NCBI GenBank assembly: GCA_030532125.1
Contig: JAUNLU010000003.1
Coordinates: forward strand, 26,491 to 90,490
Length of the DNA: 64,000 nt
Origin: Trueperella sp.
Lineage (GTDB): Bacteria > Actinomycetota > Actinomycetes > Actinomycetales > Actinomycetaceae
Reading direction: 5' to 3'
The notes below the pieces were generated by a model. It was given only the letters and a program-made list of their open reading frames with translations, searched no databases and was not told the origin of the DNA. This document shows, piece by piece, positions 30,806 to 40,628 of the stretch (the first letter of the stretch is position 1; each line of letters begins with the position of its first letter). Made by a program: the position numbers and the translations under genes.

Positions 30806-31795
30806 ATGATTGAGCTAGACGGGGTGACGAAAGTATACCCCCGCAAGGGTCAAGATCCCGTTGTGGCACTTGATAACTTGACGCTCACCGTCCCCCAAGG
30901 ATCCATTCACGGCATTGTTGGTGAGTCTGGAGCGGGAAAATCCACTTTAATTCGCTGTCTGACTGCGCTGGAAAAGCCCACTTCGGGTTCGATTCTGATT
31001 GACGGTAAAGATCTGACCACTCTGCCGGAAGTTGAGCTGCGCCGGGCCCGGCGCCGGATCGGCATGGTATTTCAGGGCGCTAATCTGTTCGAGGCGCGCA
31101 CTGCCCGAGCAAATATCGAGTATCCGCTGCAAATAATCGGTGTCCCTGCCGCTGAGCGGCAAGAGCGAGTGACTCAACTGCTGCAATTAGTTGGGCTTGC
31201 TGACCGCGGCGACTCCTATCCGGCACAGCTCTCTGGCGGGCAACGCCAGCGCGTAGGCATCGCCCGCGCAATCGCATCGCAACCAGCGGTAGTGCTAGCT
31301 GACGAACCTACGTCTGCCTTGGATATGGAGACTACTGACCAGATCTTGACGCTACTTAAAGATATCCGCGATCGGCTCGGGGTGACGGTCATTGTAATTA
31401 CGCACGAAATGTCGGTAGTGCGCAAGATCTGCGATTCAGCGACCCTGCTGGAAACCGGAAAGATCGTGGAGAACGGTCCTATCTCGCAGGTATTGACCGA
31501 CCCAGAATCAGCCCTCGCTCGCAAGCTAGTTCCGCTGCCAGAAGTTGATCCTCGCACAGTGGGGAATAACGCCGTCGTCGATATTTACTTCACCTCTAGC
31601 CCGGGTATTCCCACTGGATCCAAAGTGGTGTCGCGGGCGGCTCAGCTGGGAGGAGATATCTCTGCCGGCACTTTTGAATCTATCGGAGAAATGCAAGTAG
31701 GGCGGATGGCACTCTCGATTGCGCCCTCAAAAGTGAATGCAGCCCTGCAAGGCTTCGCGGAAGACGGACTGTATGCGAAAGTGCGGGAGCTATGA
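30806..31795 (+). CDS. metN: Methionine ABC transporter ATP-binding protein
   Basis: Walker A GESGAGKST, signature LSGGQRQR and a C-terminal NIL-like domain. The start is taken at the ATG at 30806 (MIELDGVTKVY), just after the riboswitch. Confidence 0.92.
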   Translation: MIELDGVTKVYPRKGQDPVVALDNLTLTVPQGSIHGIVGESGAGKSTLIRCLTALEKPTSGSILIDGKDLTTLPEVELRRARRRIGMVFQGANLFEARTARANIEYPLQIIGVPAAERQERVTQLLQLVGLADRGDSYPAQLSGGQRQRVGIARAIASQPAVVLADEPTSALDMETTDQILTLLKDIRDRLGVTVIVITHEMSVVRKICDSATLLETGKIVENGPISQVLTDPESALARKLVPLPEVDPRTVGNNAVVDIYFTSSPGIPTGSKVVSRAAQLGGDISAGTFESIGEMQVGRMALSIAPSKVNAALQGFAEDGLYAKVREL

Positions 31796-32496
31796 TCACG
31801 ATACTTACTGCCGCTGCGGACGGTTCTTGGTTTGCCAATCCGGCAATTGCGCGCGGGCTATTGCCAGCCTTGGTGGAGACGCTGTACATGGTGGGGCTTT
31901 CTTCGCTTATCACGGTTCTGGTAGGGCTTCCGCTTGGAGTTTTGCTGGCCGAAACTCGGAAAGATGGGCTAGTTGCGGCCCCTGTTACTAACCGAGTGAT
32001 AGGCGCGCTGGTTAATTTAGGGCGCGCTATCCCATTCATTATTCTGGCGATTATCGTGCTGTTTATTATTCGCGCGATAGATTTGCCGTTCCTGAAAGCC
32101 ATCGGTTGGCCAGCTTTTACTATCGCGCTGGCAGTGAGCGCTATCCCCTATTTTGCCCGACTGGTGGAATCAAATGTATTGGCGGTGGAACATGGAAAAG
32201 TGGAAGCCGCCCAAATGGCTGGAGCGCCGCGGATCCGCATCATGTGGGATGTGCTGGTACGGGAAGCGCTACCATCTATTATCAACTCGATCACTATCAT
32301 GATCATTACGGTGGTGGGATATTCCGCTATGGCTGGAGCTGTCGGCGGTGGCGGGCTGGGCGCGTTGGCGATCAACCAGGGCTACCAGCGTTACCACTTT
32401 GATGTGATTATCATCGTAGTTGCCGTCATTCTGGTTATGGTGCAAGTAATTCAGCTGGTTGGCGACATGTTTAGCCGGCTGGTTGATCACCGCTGA
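31792..32496 (+). CDS. metI: Methionine ABC transporter permease
   Basis: 234-aa polytopic permease. It overlaps the metN stop by 4 nt and is followed by metQ. Confidence 0.9.
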   Translation: MITILTAAADGSWFANPAIARGLLPALVETLYMVGLSSLITVLVGLPLGVLLAETRKDGLVAAPVTNRVIGALVNLGRAIPFIILAIIVLFIIRAIDLPFLKAIGWPAFTIALAVSAIPYFARLVESNVLAVEHGKVEAAQMAGAPRIRIMWDVLVREALPSIINSITIMIITVVGYSAMAGAVGGGGLGALAINQGYQRYHFDVIIIVVAVILVMVQVIQLVGDMFSRLVDHR

Positions 32497-32585
32497 GGCA
32501 CAACCAGCCGGGGCATAGCGCCTTAGCTTTATACTTTGTAAAAAGTATTCGCACAAAAATATGGTTTGAATTAAGGAAAAATAAA

Positions 32586-33383
32586 ATGCGTAAACTTATC
32601 GCTCTCGCTGCAGCTGCCACCTTGGCACTGGCTGGCTGCGCTGGAAATGCAGACGAAGATCTCAACAAACTTGTAGTGGGCGCCTCACCAGTCCCACATG
32701 CAGTCATTTTGGAGTATGTAGCAGAAAATCTTGCTGCCGACGCTGGTATCGAGCTAGAAATCAAAGAATACACCGATTACGTCCAGCCAAATGTGGCGCT
32801 AAACGCCGGTGAAATTGATGCCAATTTCTTCCAGCACCTGCCCTACCTGGAGGAAGAGATCGCTAAGAAAAACTACGATCTCGATCATGGCCGGAGCATC
32901 CATATTGAACCATTCGGCCTCTACTCCGAGAAGATCACTGATCTGGCGGATCTGAAAAACGGCGCAGTAGTAGTGGTTACTAATGATCCATCCAACCAGG
33001 CACGGGGCTTGAAGCTGCTAGAAGCTCAAGGCCTAATCAAACTGGCTGACGTTCCGTCCCCCACTCTTTACGACATTGCCGAGAACCCCAAGAATCTAGA
33101 TATTCGAGAATCTGAAGCACCGGCTATTCCAGTGCAGCTGCCTGATGTGGACCTCGCCGTCATCAATGGCAACTTTGCCCTAGAGGCTAGTCTAGTTCCG
33201 GCAAAAGATGCCCTGGCATTGGAATCAGGGGCAGATAATCCGTACTCGAATATCTTGGTATGGAACAAGAACACCAAGAAACTCGATGCTATCTTGAAGC
33301 TTGATGCCCTGTTGCGCTCCCCTGAGGTCGCTAAATTCCTCCAGGAGACTTACCCGAATGGTGAGATCATTCCAGCTTTCTAA
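32586..33383 (+). CDS. metQ: MetQ/NlpA-family methionine-binding lipoprotein
   Basis: Lipobox LALAGC and a conserved NlpA-type body (ANFFQHLPYL, NDPSNQARGL). Confidence 0.92.
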   Translation: MRKLIALAAAATLALAGCAGNADEDLNKLVVGASPVPHAVILEYVAENLAADAGIELEIKEYTDYVQPNVALNAGEIDANFFQHLPYLEEEIAKKNYDLDHGRSIHIEPFGLYSEKITDLADLKNGAVVVVTNDPSNQARGLKLLEAQGLIKLADVPSPTLYDIAENPKNLDIRESEAPAIPVQLPDVDLAVINGNFALEASLVPAKDALALESGADNPYSNILVWNKNTKKLDAILKLDALLRSPEVAKFLQETYPNGEIIPAF

Positions 33384-33419
33384 GCGGAGCACACTCTAAC
33401 CGGTTAGTTTTTAACCAAG

Positions 33420-33447
33420 GCGGGGTGGGCATATCGGCTCACCCCGC
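33420..33447 (+). terminator. Possible metNIQ terminator hairpin (no U-tract)
   Basis: GCGGGGTG-12 nt-CACCCCGC, 37 nt after the metQ stop. No T-run follows, so the function is uncertain. Confidence 0.35.
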
Positions 33448-33470
33448 TAACTACTACTAGGACGAAACAG

Positions 33471-35054
33471 ATGAGCGACTACGCTTTCCAGGTCATTTCC
33501 ATGACGCTCTACTTTGCCATCATGATTGGCATTGGGTTTTGGGCATACTCCCGCACTAAATCGGTAGATGACTATATGCTCGGGGGTCGCCAACTAAACC
33601 CGATGGTAGCTGCGTTATCTGCCGGCGCTTCTGATATGTCGGGCTGGCTGTTAATGGGCCTGCCGGGGGCGCTCTATCTGCGTGGCCTGGTGGAATTCTG
33701 GATTGCTATCGGGCTTACTACCGGCGCCTGGCTAAACTGGAAATTTGTTGCACCGCGGCTGCGTTCCTATACGGAAGTGTCCAATAACTCGATCACGGTT
33801 CCGTCGTTCTTAGATTCACGACTCCGTGACAATTCACATGCGCTGCGCGTAATCGCTGGTCTAATCATCCTGTTCTATTTCACGTTCTATGTCTCGGCTG
33901 GCATGGTTTCCGGGGGCTGGTTCTTTGAAGGGGCGTTCGGTATTGACTACCGGATCGGCATGCTAATCGTGGCTGGGGTAACCGTCGTCTACACCCTAAT
34001 CGGCGGCTTCTTGGCGGTGTCCTATACCGATATGGTGCAAGGCTTGATGATGCTTTTTGCCCTGATCATGGTGCCGGCAATCGGCATTTTCCGCGTGGGT
34101 GGTTTCCGCGAATTAGGCAATCGAGTTTCTGCCGTTGACCCCAATATGCTGAGCTGGTTTGGCGGCGCGACGGCGATTGGCTTAATTTCTGCGGTTGCCT
34201 GGGGCTTAGGCTACTTTGGGCAGCCCCATATCATTGTGCGATTCATGGCACTGCGCAGCTCTGCCGAGTCCCGACAGGCCCGCCGCATCAGCATTGGCTG
34301 GATGCTGCTGTCGTGTCTCGGCGCACTCGGCACCGCTTTTGTGGGCGTGGCTATCCTGGGGCATAACAGCCCAAAACTGCCCAACCCAGAACAAGTTTTT
34401 ATCGTAATGGGGCAGCTGTTATTCCATCCGTTGATTGCTGGCTTCATGCTGGCAGCTATCTTGGCTGCGATCATGTCTACGGTGTCTTCGCAGCTGCTGG
34501 TGTCATCGTCGGCACTGGTGGAAGACGTCTACATGACCTTTACTTCCAAGAAACTCTCCACCCGAGCTGGTATGTGGCTATCGCGGCTCTGTGTAGCCGG
34601 AATCTCTATCATGGCTGCTGCCTTGGCTTGGACGCCGAATGACACTATTTTGCAGCTAGTGGCGTTCTCTTGGGCTGGCTTTGGGGCTTCATTCGGTCCA
34701 ATTATTTTGCTGGCATTGTTCTGGAAGCGACTCAGCAGCGCGGGTGCCCTCTCCGGCATGGTAGTAGGAGCCGCTACCGTGGCTATCTGGGGCAATATCT
34801 CGGGCGGAATTTTTGATCTCTACGAAATCGTGCCCGGTTTCTTGTTTAATCTGCTGGTGGCGGTAGTCGTTTCGTTATTCACCTATAAAGAGAACTCAGT
34901 GATCGACGCCGAATTTTCCGCTGCCCGCAGCCTCAGCCAGGGTAAAACTGATTACGATGCTGCCAAGGAGCAGGTGGATGCCGCAGTTGCCGCGGCAACT
35001 GACGGCTATATCCCGCGTTCTGCCACCCTAGTTGATGACGCCGCTGAGCAATAG
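33471..35054 (+). CDS. putP: Sodium:proline symporter (SSS family)
   Basis: 527-aa protein with about 13 TM helices and a PutP-like N-terminus (MLGGRQLNPMVAALSAGASDMSGWLLMGLPGA). Confidence 0.88.
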   Translation: MSDYAFQVISMTLYFAIMIGIGFWAYSRTKSVDDYMLGGRQLNPMVAALSAGASDMSGWLLMGLPGALYLRGLVEFWIAIGLTTGAWLNWKFVAPRLRSYTEVSNNSITVPSFLDSRLRDNSHALRVIAGLIILFYFTFYVSAGMVSGGWFFEGAFGIDYRIGMLIVAGVTVVYTLIGGFLAVSYTDMVQGLMMLFALIMVPAIGIFRVGGFRELGNRVSAVDPNMLSWFGGATAIGLISAVAWGLGYFGQPHIIVRFMALRSSAESRQARRISIGWMLLSCLGALGTAFVGVAILGHNSPKLPNPEQVFIVMGQLLFHPLIAGFMLAAILAAIMSTVSSQLLVSSSALVEDVYMTFTSKKLSTRAGMWLSRLCVAGISIMAAALAWTPNDTILQLVAFSWAGFGASFGPIILLALFWKRLSSAGALSGMVVGAATVAIWGNISGGIFDLYEIVPGFLFNLLVAVVVSLFTYKENSVIDAEFSAARSLSQGKTDYDAAKEQVDAAVAAATDGYIPRSATLVDDAAEQ

Positions 35055-35089
35055 ATCGCTACGGAACAGATAGCGAGTAGCCCAGCGCG

Positions 35090-35851
35090 CTACAGGTGAT
35101 CAATCAGATCCGCAATAGAGTCGAGCACATGGTCGGGGCGGAACGGGAACTTTGCAATATCTTCCCGTGCGGTAGACCCAGTGAGTACCAGGTAGGTAGT
35201 TAAGCCAGCTTCTACCCCAGCGATAATATCGGTATCCATCCGGTCGCCTACGATTGAGGTTTCTTCCGAATGCGCTTCTATCCGGTTCAAACCATTGCGC
35301 AACATCACCGGATTTGGCTTACCTAGGAAGAACGGACTGCGCCCAGTGGCTTTTTCAATCATTGCTGCCACTGCGCCAGTTGCCGGCAAGTCGCCGTCAG
35401 CAGAGGGGCCAGTAGCATCTGGGTTGGTAGCAATAAACCGCGCCCCGCGTTGAATAAGCCGGATAGCAGTGGTGATCTGTTCGAAAGAATAAGTACGCGT
35501 TTCCCCCAGCACCACAAATTCGGGGTCAGCCGCCGTCATCACAAAGCCCTCTTCATAAAGCGCGGTAGTGAGACCGGCTTCGCCTACTACAAAAGCGCGG
35601 CGACTATCTGACTGCTGCGCCAAAAAACGCGCAGTGGAAAGTGCGGAAGTCCAGATCCGTTCCGGCGGTACTTCCAGCCCGGAAGTCTTGAGGCGTTCAG
35701 ATAAATCGCGGGTGGTAAAGATTGAGTTATTGGTCAAAATGAGATGGGGCATGCCTTTTTCTTCCAGCTTGCCCAAGAATTCTGCGGCGCCCGGCAGTGC
35801 AGTCCCTTCGTGCACCAATACGCCGTCCATATCAATTAGCCATGATTTCAT
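35090..35851 (-). CDS. HAD-IIA family hydrolase (NagD-like)
   Basis: The DMDGVL nucleophile motif, LTNNS and a distal GDRMDTDI motif. Confidence 0.85.
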   Translation of the reverse strand: MKSWLIDMDGVLVHEGTALPGAAEFLGKLEEKGMPHLILTNNSIFTTRDLSERLKTSGLEVPPERIWTSALSTARFLAQQSDSRRAFVVGEAGLTTALYEEGFVMTAADPEFVVLGETRTYSFEQITTAIRLIQRGARFIATNPDATGPSADGDLPATGAVAAMIEKATGRSPFFLGKPNPVMLRNGLNRIEAHSEETSIVGDRMDTDIIAGVEAGLTTYLVLTGSTAREDIAKFPFRPDHVLDSIADLIDHL

Positions 35852-35934
35852 ATTTACAGCTAAGCATTATTTTTAGTTTTATGCAGCTATCTGTGGGGAA
35901 ATACCGTTATTGTGCACTCCAACACGCTATACAC

Positions 35935-35963
35935 ACAGACTATACTCTTAGTGTATAGTCTGT
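35935..35963. promoter_or_regulatory. Perfect 11-bp inverted repeat; probable PadR operator
   Basis: ACAGACTATAC-7 nt-GTATAGTCTGT ends 4 nt before the GTG start of the PadR gene. Confidence 0.6.
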
Positions 35964-35966
35964 TTC

Positions 35967-36512
35967 GTGGACACTCGATTAACACTGCTGGGACTAGTTG
36001 GTTCTGGTTCGGAATATGGCTACGACCTGAAGCAAAACTACGACTATTACTTCACTACCACTAAACCACTGGCATTCGGCCAGGTGTACGCCACCCTAAG
36101 CCGGCTACTGCGCGATGGGCTAATCACCACTATTGGAGCTGAATCTGGCGACGGTCCAGAACGCAAACGCTACGAAATCACCCCTACCGGGCGGGACACC
36201 ATCCAGAATTGGATGCGCGAGCCCGAAGATCCCACCGCACAAGTGCGCTCCAATATCTTTGCTAAAACTATTATTGCCCTGCTCTTAGGGGATGACGCCG
36301 ATGCTCTGCTCGATCTGCAAAAACAGGCTCATCTAAAGAAAATGTCCGAAATAACTAGAAGCAAACGCAACGCAGATGTAAGCACAGTTATTTTGGCTGA
36401 CTACTTGTTGGCACATTTAGATGCCGACCTGACGTGGATGGATTTGACGGCCGCCCGCATCAATGAATTGCAGGCAGAAATAGCCCACCGGAACGAACAG
36501 GAAACAAAATGA
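35967..36512 (+). CDS. PadR-family transcriptional regulator
   Basis: 181-aa ORF with a PadR-like winged-helix N-terminus (LLGLVGSGSEYGYDLKQ ... GQVYATLSRLLRDGLI ... RKRYEITPTGR). Confidence 0.85.
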   Translation: MDTRLTLLGLVGSGSEYGYDLKQNYDYYFTTTKPLAFGQVYATLSRLLRDGLITTIGAESGDGPERKRYEITPTGRDTIQNWMREPEDPTAQVRSNIFAKTIIALLLGDDADALLDLQKQAHLKKMSEITRSKRNADVSTVILADYLLAHLDADLTWMDLTAARINELQAEIAHRNEQETK

Positions 36513-37189
36513 ATCCACTACTTAGCGGACGCGACCTAAAACTAAATTTTGGGCAAACTGAGGCACTGCGCGGCGCAAATATCGATATTTATGCTGGCAA
36601 AACACTAGCAATCATGGGGCCATCTGGTTCCGGTAAATCAACTTTGCTGCACGTATTAGCCGGAGTGCTAGTGCCAGACTCGGGTCAAGTCATTTATCAC
36701 GGAACCGATATCACGCAACTGCCAGAAGCTAAACGCTCCGAACTGCGCCTACGTGAATTTGGATTTGTATTTCAATTTGGCCAACTGCTGCCAGATTTAA
36801 CTGCCGCCGATAATGTGAGTTTGCCGCTACTGCTTGACCACAAACCTAGGGATTTTGCAGTCACGCAGGCTCGCCAGCAACTTGCGGTTCTCGGCTTGGA
36901 AGAACTAGCAGATAAACGCCCCATGGAGATGTCTGGCGGAGAAGCACAGCGCGTTGCAATTGCGCGCGCACTGATCACCCAGCCGCAGGTACTTTTCGCT
37001 GATGAACCGACCGGCAACCTGGACTCTTTGAACGCCGAGCAAACTATGGAAGCTCTAGTACGCGCCGCCGAGCACAGCAACACCGCCGTCGTACTGGTAA
37101 CTCATGATGCCAAAATGGCTGCCTACTCCGACCGGCAAGTAACAGTACGAGACGGGAAAATCGCTAATGAAGGCGGTTTTGGCCGATGA
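36509..37189 (+). CDS. ABC transporter ATP-binding protein (MacB/FtsE-like)
   Basis: Walker A GPSGSGKST, signature MSGGEAQR and Walker B LFADEPTGNLD. Confidence 0.92.
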   Translation: MNPLLSGRDLKLNFGQTEALRGANIDIYAGKTLAIMGPSGSGKSTLLHVLAGVLVPDSGQVIYHGTDITQLPEAKRSELRLREFGFVFQFGQLLPDLTAADNVSLPLLLDHKPRDFAVTQARQQLAVLGLEELADKRPMEMSGGEAQRVAIARALITQPQVLFADEPTGNLDSLNAEQTMEALVRAAEHSNTAVVLVTHDAKMAAYSDRQVTVRDGKIANEGGFGR

Positions 37190-39399
37190 CGCAGCAAAAC
37201 GAAAATAGCAATTCTGCATTAAAACGCGGCTCTGAACTACACCTAATTCGATTGCTGGCGGGCGGAGGTAATGGCGGGCGCGCCCGCTTTGTGGGAGTTG
37301 TGATAGGCGTAGCACTAGGCATGGCTCTACTGCTACTACTGCTAGGCGCCGGAATAGGGATCGGCGAACGAGAATCACGCGGCAATTGGTATCGCTTGAG
37401 CTCAGCTGACGAATATAATTGGCGCGATATCACTGAGACCCCGCTACAACGGGGAGAATTTGCAGTTGTAGAAAATGATGATTTCTATCTCACACACAAA
37501 ATCAAAGTGGTGTGGATAGCCGCTGGTCCGAACTCCCCTACTGCCATTCCCGGGTTAAGCCAGCTACCAGAAAATAGCCTAGTCCCTGGCACTTTCGCCG
37601 TCTCCCCTGCACTCGCCGAGCTGGTTGATATTAACCCCCAACTGACCGAGCGCTATGGCACTATGGTGGGCACACTGGGTGAGGATGCCCTCGAAGGTCC
37701 AGAGTCTAAGCTGGTAGTTATTTTGAGATCTGAACAGCAAATCGCGAGCAGCTACAGCTCAATTCTGACTAATTTCTCCGGCCGAGTTTTCGACTCGATG
37801 GCCTACCAAAATGTGGCGATTATTGGAGCGATCTCAGTACTTCTTCCAGTGGCCCTGTTAATCTCACTTGCCAGCAGTTTAGGAGCAGTACAGCGCGCCG
37901 AACGCTTTGCTACGCTACGGCTTTTGGGCGCCACGCCGGCGCAAGTAGGCAAAATCGCCGCAGCTGAATCAGCCGCTGCCGCTGCGCTCGGTTCAGCAAT
38001 CGGCATTGCACTATATTTTGCGGTTATACCGCTCGCCGCCCAGTTCCAGATACATGGCACCAGATTCTTTTGGCGTGACCTGGTGTTAAATCCACTATGG
38101 ATAATCGGTGCAGTCCTAGCAGTGGTGGGCGTTTCTGCCCTAGCGGCTGCACATCGCACAGTTAAAGCAGATGTCGGGCCTCTCGGTATTACCCGCGAGC
38201 GTACCGAAAAACCAGTACGACTCACTGGCTTGATTGTGCTGGCCGCAGGCATGGTAGGTCTGTACGTCGTCTATAAATATGACGCAAATCCCCGCTGGGC
38301 AAACCAATTTTTATGGCCAATTGGCTTGATCGCTAGTTTTTTGGCTATTGTGACTGGCATGTTGGCTGCTGGTCCGCTGATCACCCAGTGGATGGCCAAG
38401 CTGGGATCACGCCTAGCGCGCGGAGCCTCCAGCATAATTGCGTTCAACCATATGGAACGTCACCCACGGCGGGTATTTAACTCTGTGGCCGGAATAGTGC
38501 TCGCCACCTATTTAGTGACCGTATTTTCTTATGGCATAAGCGCAGCTGGCGGCGATATAAATGAACCGGCGCACCGCCCAGATCAACTGTCCCAGAGCTT
38601 GCTCTATCTCCGTAATGACGCCGATGCAGCGGTAGACCTCGGTGAGATCAGTGCTATCCCTGGAGTCACCGCGGTGGCAATTGGCAGACACAACGCCGAC
38701 CACGCGGTTACGCTGCCCACTCCAGAGGCCCGCGCACTGGGATTCAAAGTGGCTGACGATGGCGCCTACGCCATCTTGCCGGATATTTGGCCGTATAACC
38801 CAGTTCCGGAAACAGGCTTAACCACTATCTCCGATTTTGTCCCTGCCAGCTATGACACGACGCTGCTGTTTGTAAAAACTAATGGCAGATCGCAAGTTAT
38901 TGAGCAGACGCGCACCGAACTAAATAAGTTAGTGTCCACTGGTGCCGGATATGCCAAAACTCCAGATGAAGTAGTGCTAGCTTTGGCTGACACCAGCGTG
39001 CAAGAGTTCGCCAACCTGGCATATATCGGAATCATGGTTACTGTGGCGTTATCCACGCTGGTAGTAATTGTTTCTGTTATTACCTCACTGTTGAACCGCA
39101 AACGACAGTTCATTTTGCTGAAGCTGACGGGGATGCAGCGGCGAGTGGTTACCCGCGTTACCTTCCTGGAAACACTTATTCCGCTAGCTGGGGTGTTTAT
39201 GATGTCTGTGGGATTGGGGATATATACGTCCTGGGGGCTGATTGAGGGGCTCTCCACCGTCCGTAAAATAGGGGCGGCTCCGGTGGAATACTACGTCGTA
39301 TTGATGCTGTGTTTACTGCTTGCCGTATTGGCTAGCGTGGTGACTGCCCAAGCTGCCCGGCGTATGCTGGCTGGCAATCAGGTACCGCGCTACGAGTAA
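37186..39399 (+). CDS. FtsX-like ABC transporter permease
   Basis: 737-aa polytopic protein with two FtsX-type 4-TM bundles. It overlaps the ATPase gene by 4 nt. Confidence 0.85.
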   Translation: MTQQNENSNSALKRGSELHLIRLLAGGGNGGRARFVGVVIGVALGMALLLLLLGAGIGIGERESRGNWYRLSSADEYNWRDITETPLQRGEFAVVENDDFYLTHKIKVVWIAAGPNSPTAIPGLSQLPENSLVPGTFAVSPALAELVDINPQLTERYGTMVGTLGEDALEGPESKLVVILRSEQQIASSYSSILTNFSGRVFDSMAYQNVAIIGAISVLLPVALLISLASSLGAVQRAERFATLRLLGATPAQVGKIAAAESAAAAALGSAIGIALYFAVIPLAAQFQIHGTRFFWRDLVLNPLWIIGAVLAVVGVSALAAAHRTVKADVGPLGITRERTEKPVRLTGLIVLAAGMVGLYVVYKYDANPRWANQFLWPIGLIASFLAIVTGMLAAGPLITQWMAKLGSRLARGASSIIAFNHMERHPRRVFNSVAGIVLATYLVTVFSYGISAAGGDINEPAHRPDQLSQSLLYLRNDADAAVDLGEISAIPGVTAVAIGRHNADHAVTLPTPEARALGFKVADDGAYAILPDIWPYNPVPETGLTTISDFVPASYDTTLLFVKTNGRSQVIEQTRTELNKLVSTGAGYAKTPDEVVLALADTSVQEFANLAYIGIMVTVALSTLVVIVSVITSLLNRKRQFILLKLTGMQRRVVTRVTFLETLIPLAGVFMMSVGLGIYTSWGLIEGLSTVRKIGAAPVEYYVVLMLCLLLAVLASVVTAQAARRMLAGNQVPRYE

Positions 39400-39421
39400 G
39401 TACCGCCGCAAGCGGCGCTAA

Positions 39422-40609
39422 TCAGGGATGTACCGCAGTGGCGCTGCAGCCGCCTAGTGACTCCACTGCCTGCACGGTGCGCTGCCAACTGGGAGCATTG
39501 GTGCTGGGGCTGACCCGACGCACCACATGCCCGGCCAGCTCCACAAAAGTTGGCTGGTAGCGCATCTGCGTAGTTACGGTGCCAGCTGGATCTTTAGTGA
39601 GGGTAAAGATAGCAATCATGCCGTCTTGGGTATCTGGGGCAAGGGTAGAGAGTACTCGTGGCGACTGATTAGATAACGAGTTACCCATTCCGTAGATGAC
39701 GTGTTTACCGTTGATCTGTTCACAGGGCTGCACCACATGGGCATGGGCACCGAGGATTAAGTCAACCGCCGGGGATTCCAATAGCTCTTTGGCAAGTTGG
39801 CGTTGTTCTGCCGTGGGCTCACGTTGGTATTCCACTCCCCAATGCAAACTGACGACGACGAAGTCCGCTCCAGCTTCCTTAGCTTCCTCGGCCTGCTCAA
39901 TTATGCCCTGGCTGCCTTGGATCGGCCAGGAATTGGCTGCTAGCCATGGCGCATCTGGCGGTAGTTTGGTATTTGGGCCCCAATCATTAGGGAATGTGTA
40001 GGTATATGCCAGATGGGCTACTTTGGCATTTCCGGCAGTCAAAAACTCGGCTTTTCCAGCGCGATCTGGATTAGCGCTCGGGCCGGCGTAGCCCAGCCCG
40101 GCGGCGCGCACTATTTCCTCGGTTGCGGCCAGCCCGGCCATTCCTTGGTCCATGGTGTGGTTGCAGGCAAAATCGCAGGCATCATATCCCGCGCTTTTTA
40201 GCCCCGCAGTTAATTCATGCGGGGTATTGAATATCAGCAGATCAGGGCGGGAAAGATTGGTGTTGGTTTTAGTCAACGGGGTTTCCAGGCGGCAAATTGC
40301 TAAGTCGGCTTCCTGTAACACTGGCGCAATATCTACAAACATCGGCGCATAGTCATAGCTAGTTCCCCCGCCGTAGGCTAGCGCACTGCGATTGACCGGG
40401 GTATGCGGCAAGGTGTCCCCAGTTGCGGCGATGGTAATAGTTATCGGTTCTGGTTCTGGGGTAGGCGCCACTTCAGCAGCCGGTACTTTTGATGCTGCTT
40501 CCGGTTGCTTAGCGTCCCGGTGCATGCCGACAAAAATAGCTAAGACCGTAAATAGCACTGCCACCACGGTGGCGGCGATGAGGTAGCTGGCATAATGGGA
40601 TTTTTTCAC
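39422..40609 (-). CDS. CapA-family (poly-gamma-glutamate capsule synthesis-like) metallophosphatase
   Basis: N-terminal TM helix and the ATGDTLPH, CNHTMD and SLHWGVEYQ motifs typical of the PGA_cap/CapA family. Confidence 0.8.
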   Translation of the reverse strand: MKKSHYASYLIAATVVAVLFTVLAIFVGMHRDAKQPEAASKVPAAEVAPTPEPEPITITIAATGDTLPHTPVNRSALAYGGGTSYDYAPMFVDIAPVLQEADLAICRLETPLTKTNTNLSRPDLLIFNTPHELTAGLKSAGYDACDFACNHTMDQGMAGLAATEEIVRAAGLGYAGPSANPDRAGKAEFLTAGNAKVAHLAYTYTFPNDWGPNTKLPPDAPWLAANSWPIQGSQGIIEQAEEAKEAGADFVVVSLHWGVEYQREPTAEQRQLAKELLESPAVDLILGAHAHVVQPCEQINGKHVIYGMGNSLSNQSPRVLSTLAPDTQDGMIAIFTLTKDPAGTVTTQMRYQPTFVELAGHVVRRVSPSTNAPSWQRTVQAVESLGGCSATAVHP

Positions 40610-40628
40610 GGCTATTACCTTAGTTAAC

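Noticed and set aside
33396-33407. 12-bp perfect palindrome CTAACCGGTTAG followed by TTTTT after metQ
   Set aside because: It is too short and has no loop, so it cannot be a convincing terminator hairpin. It could be a protein site, but nothing supports a specific call.
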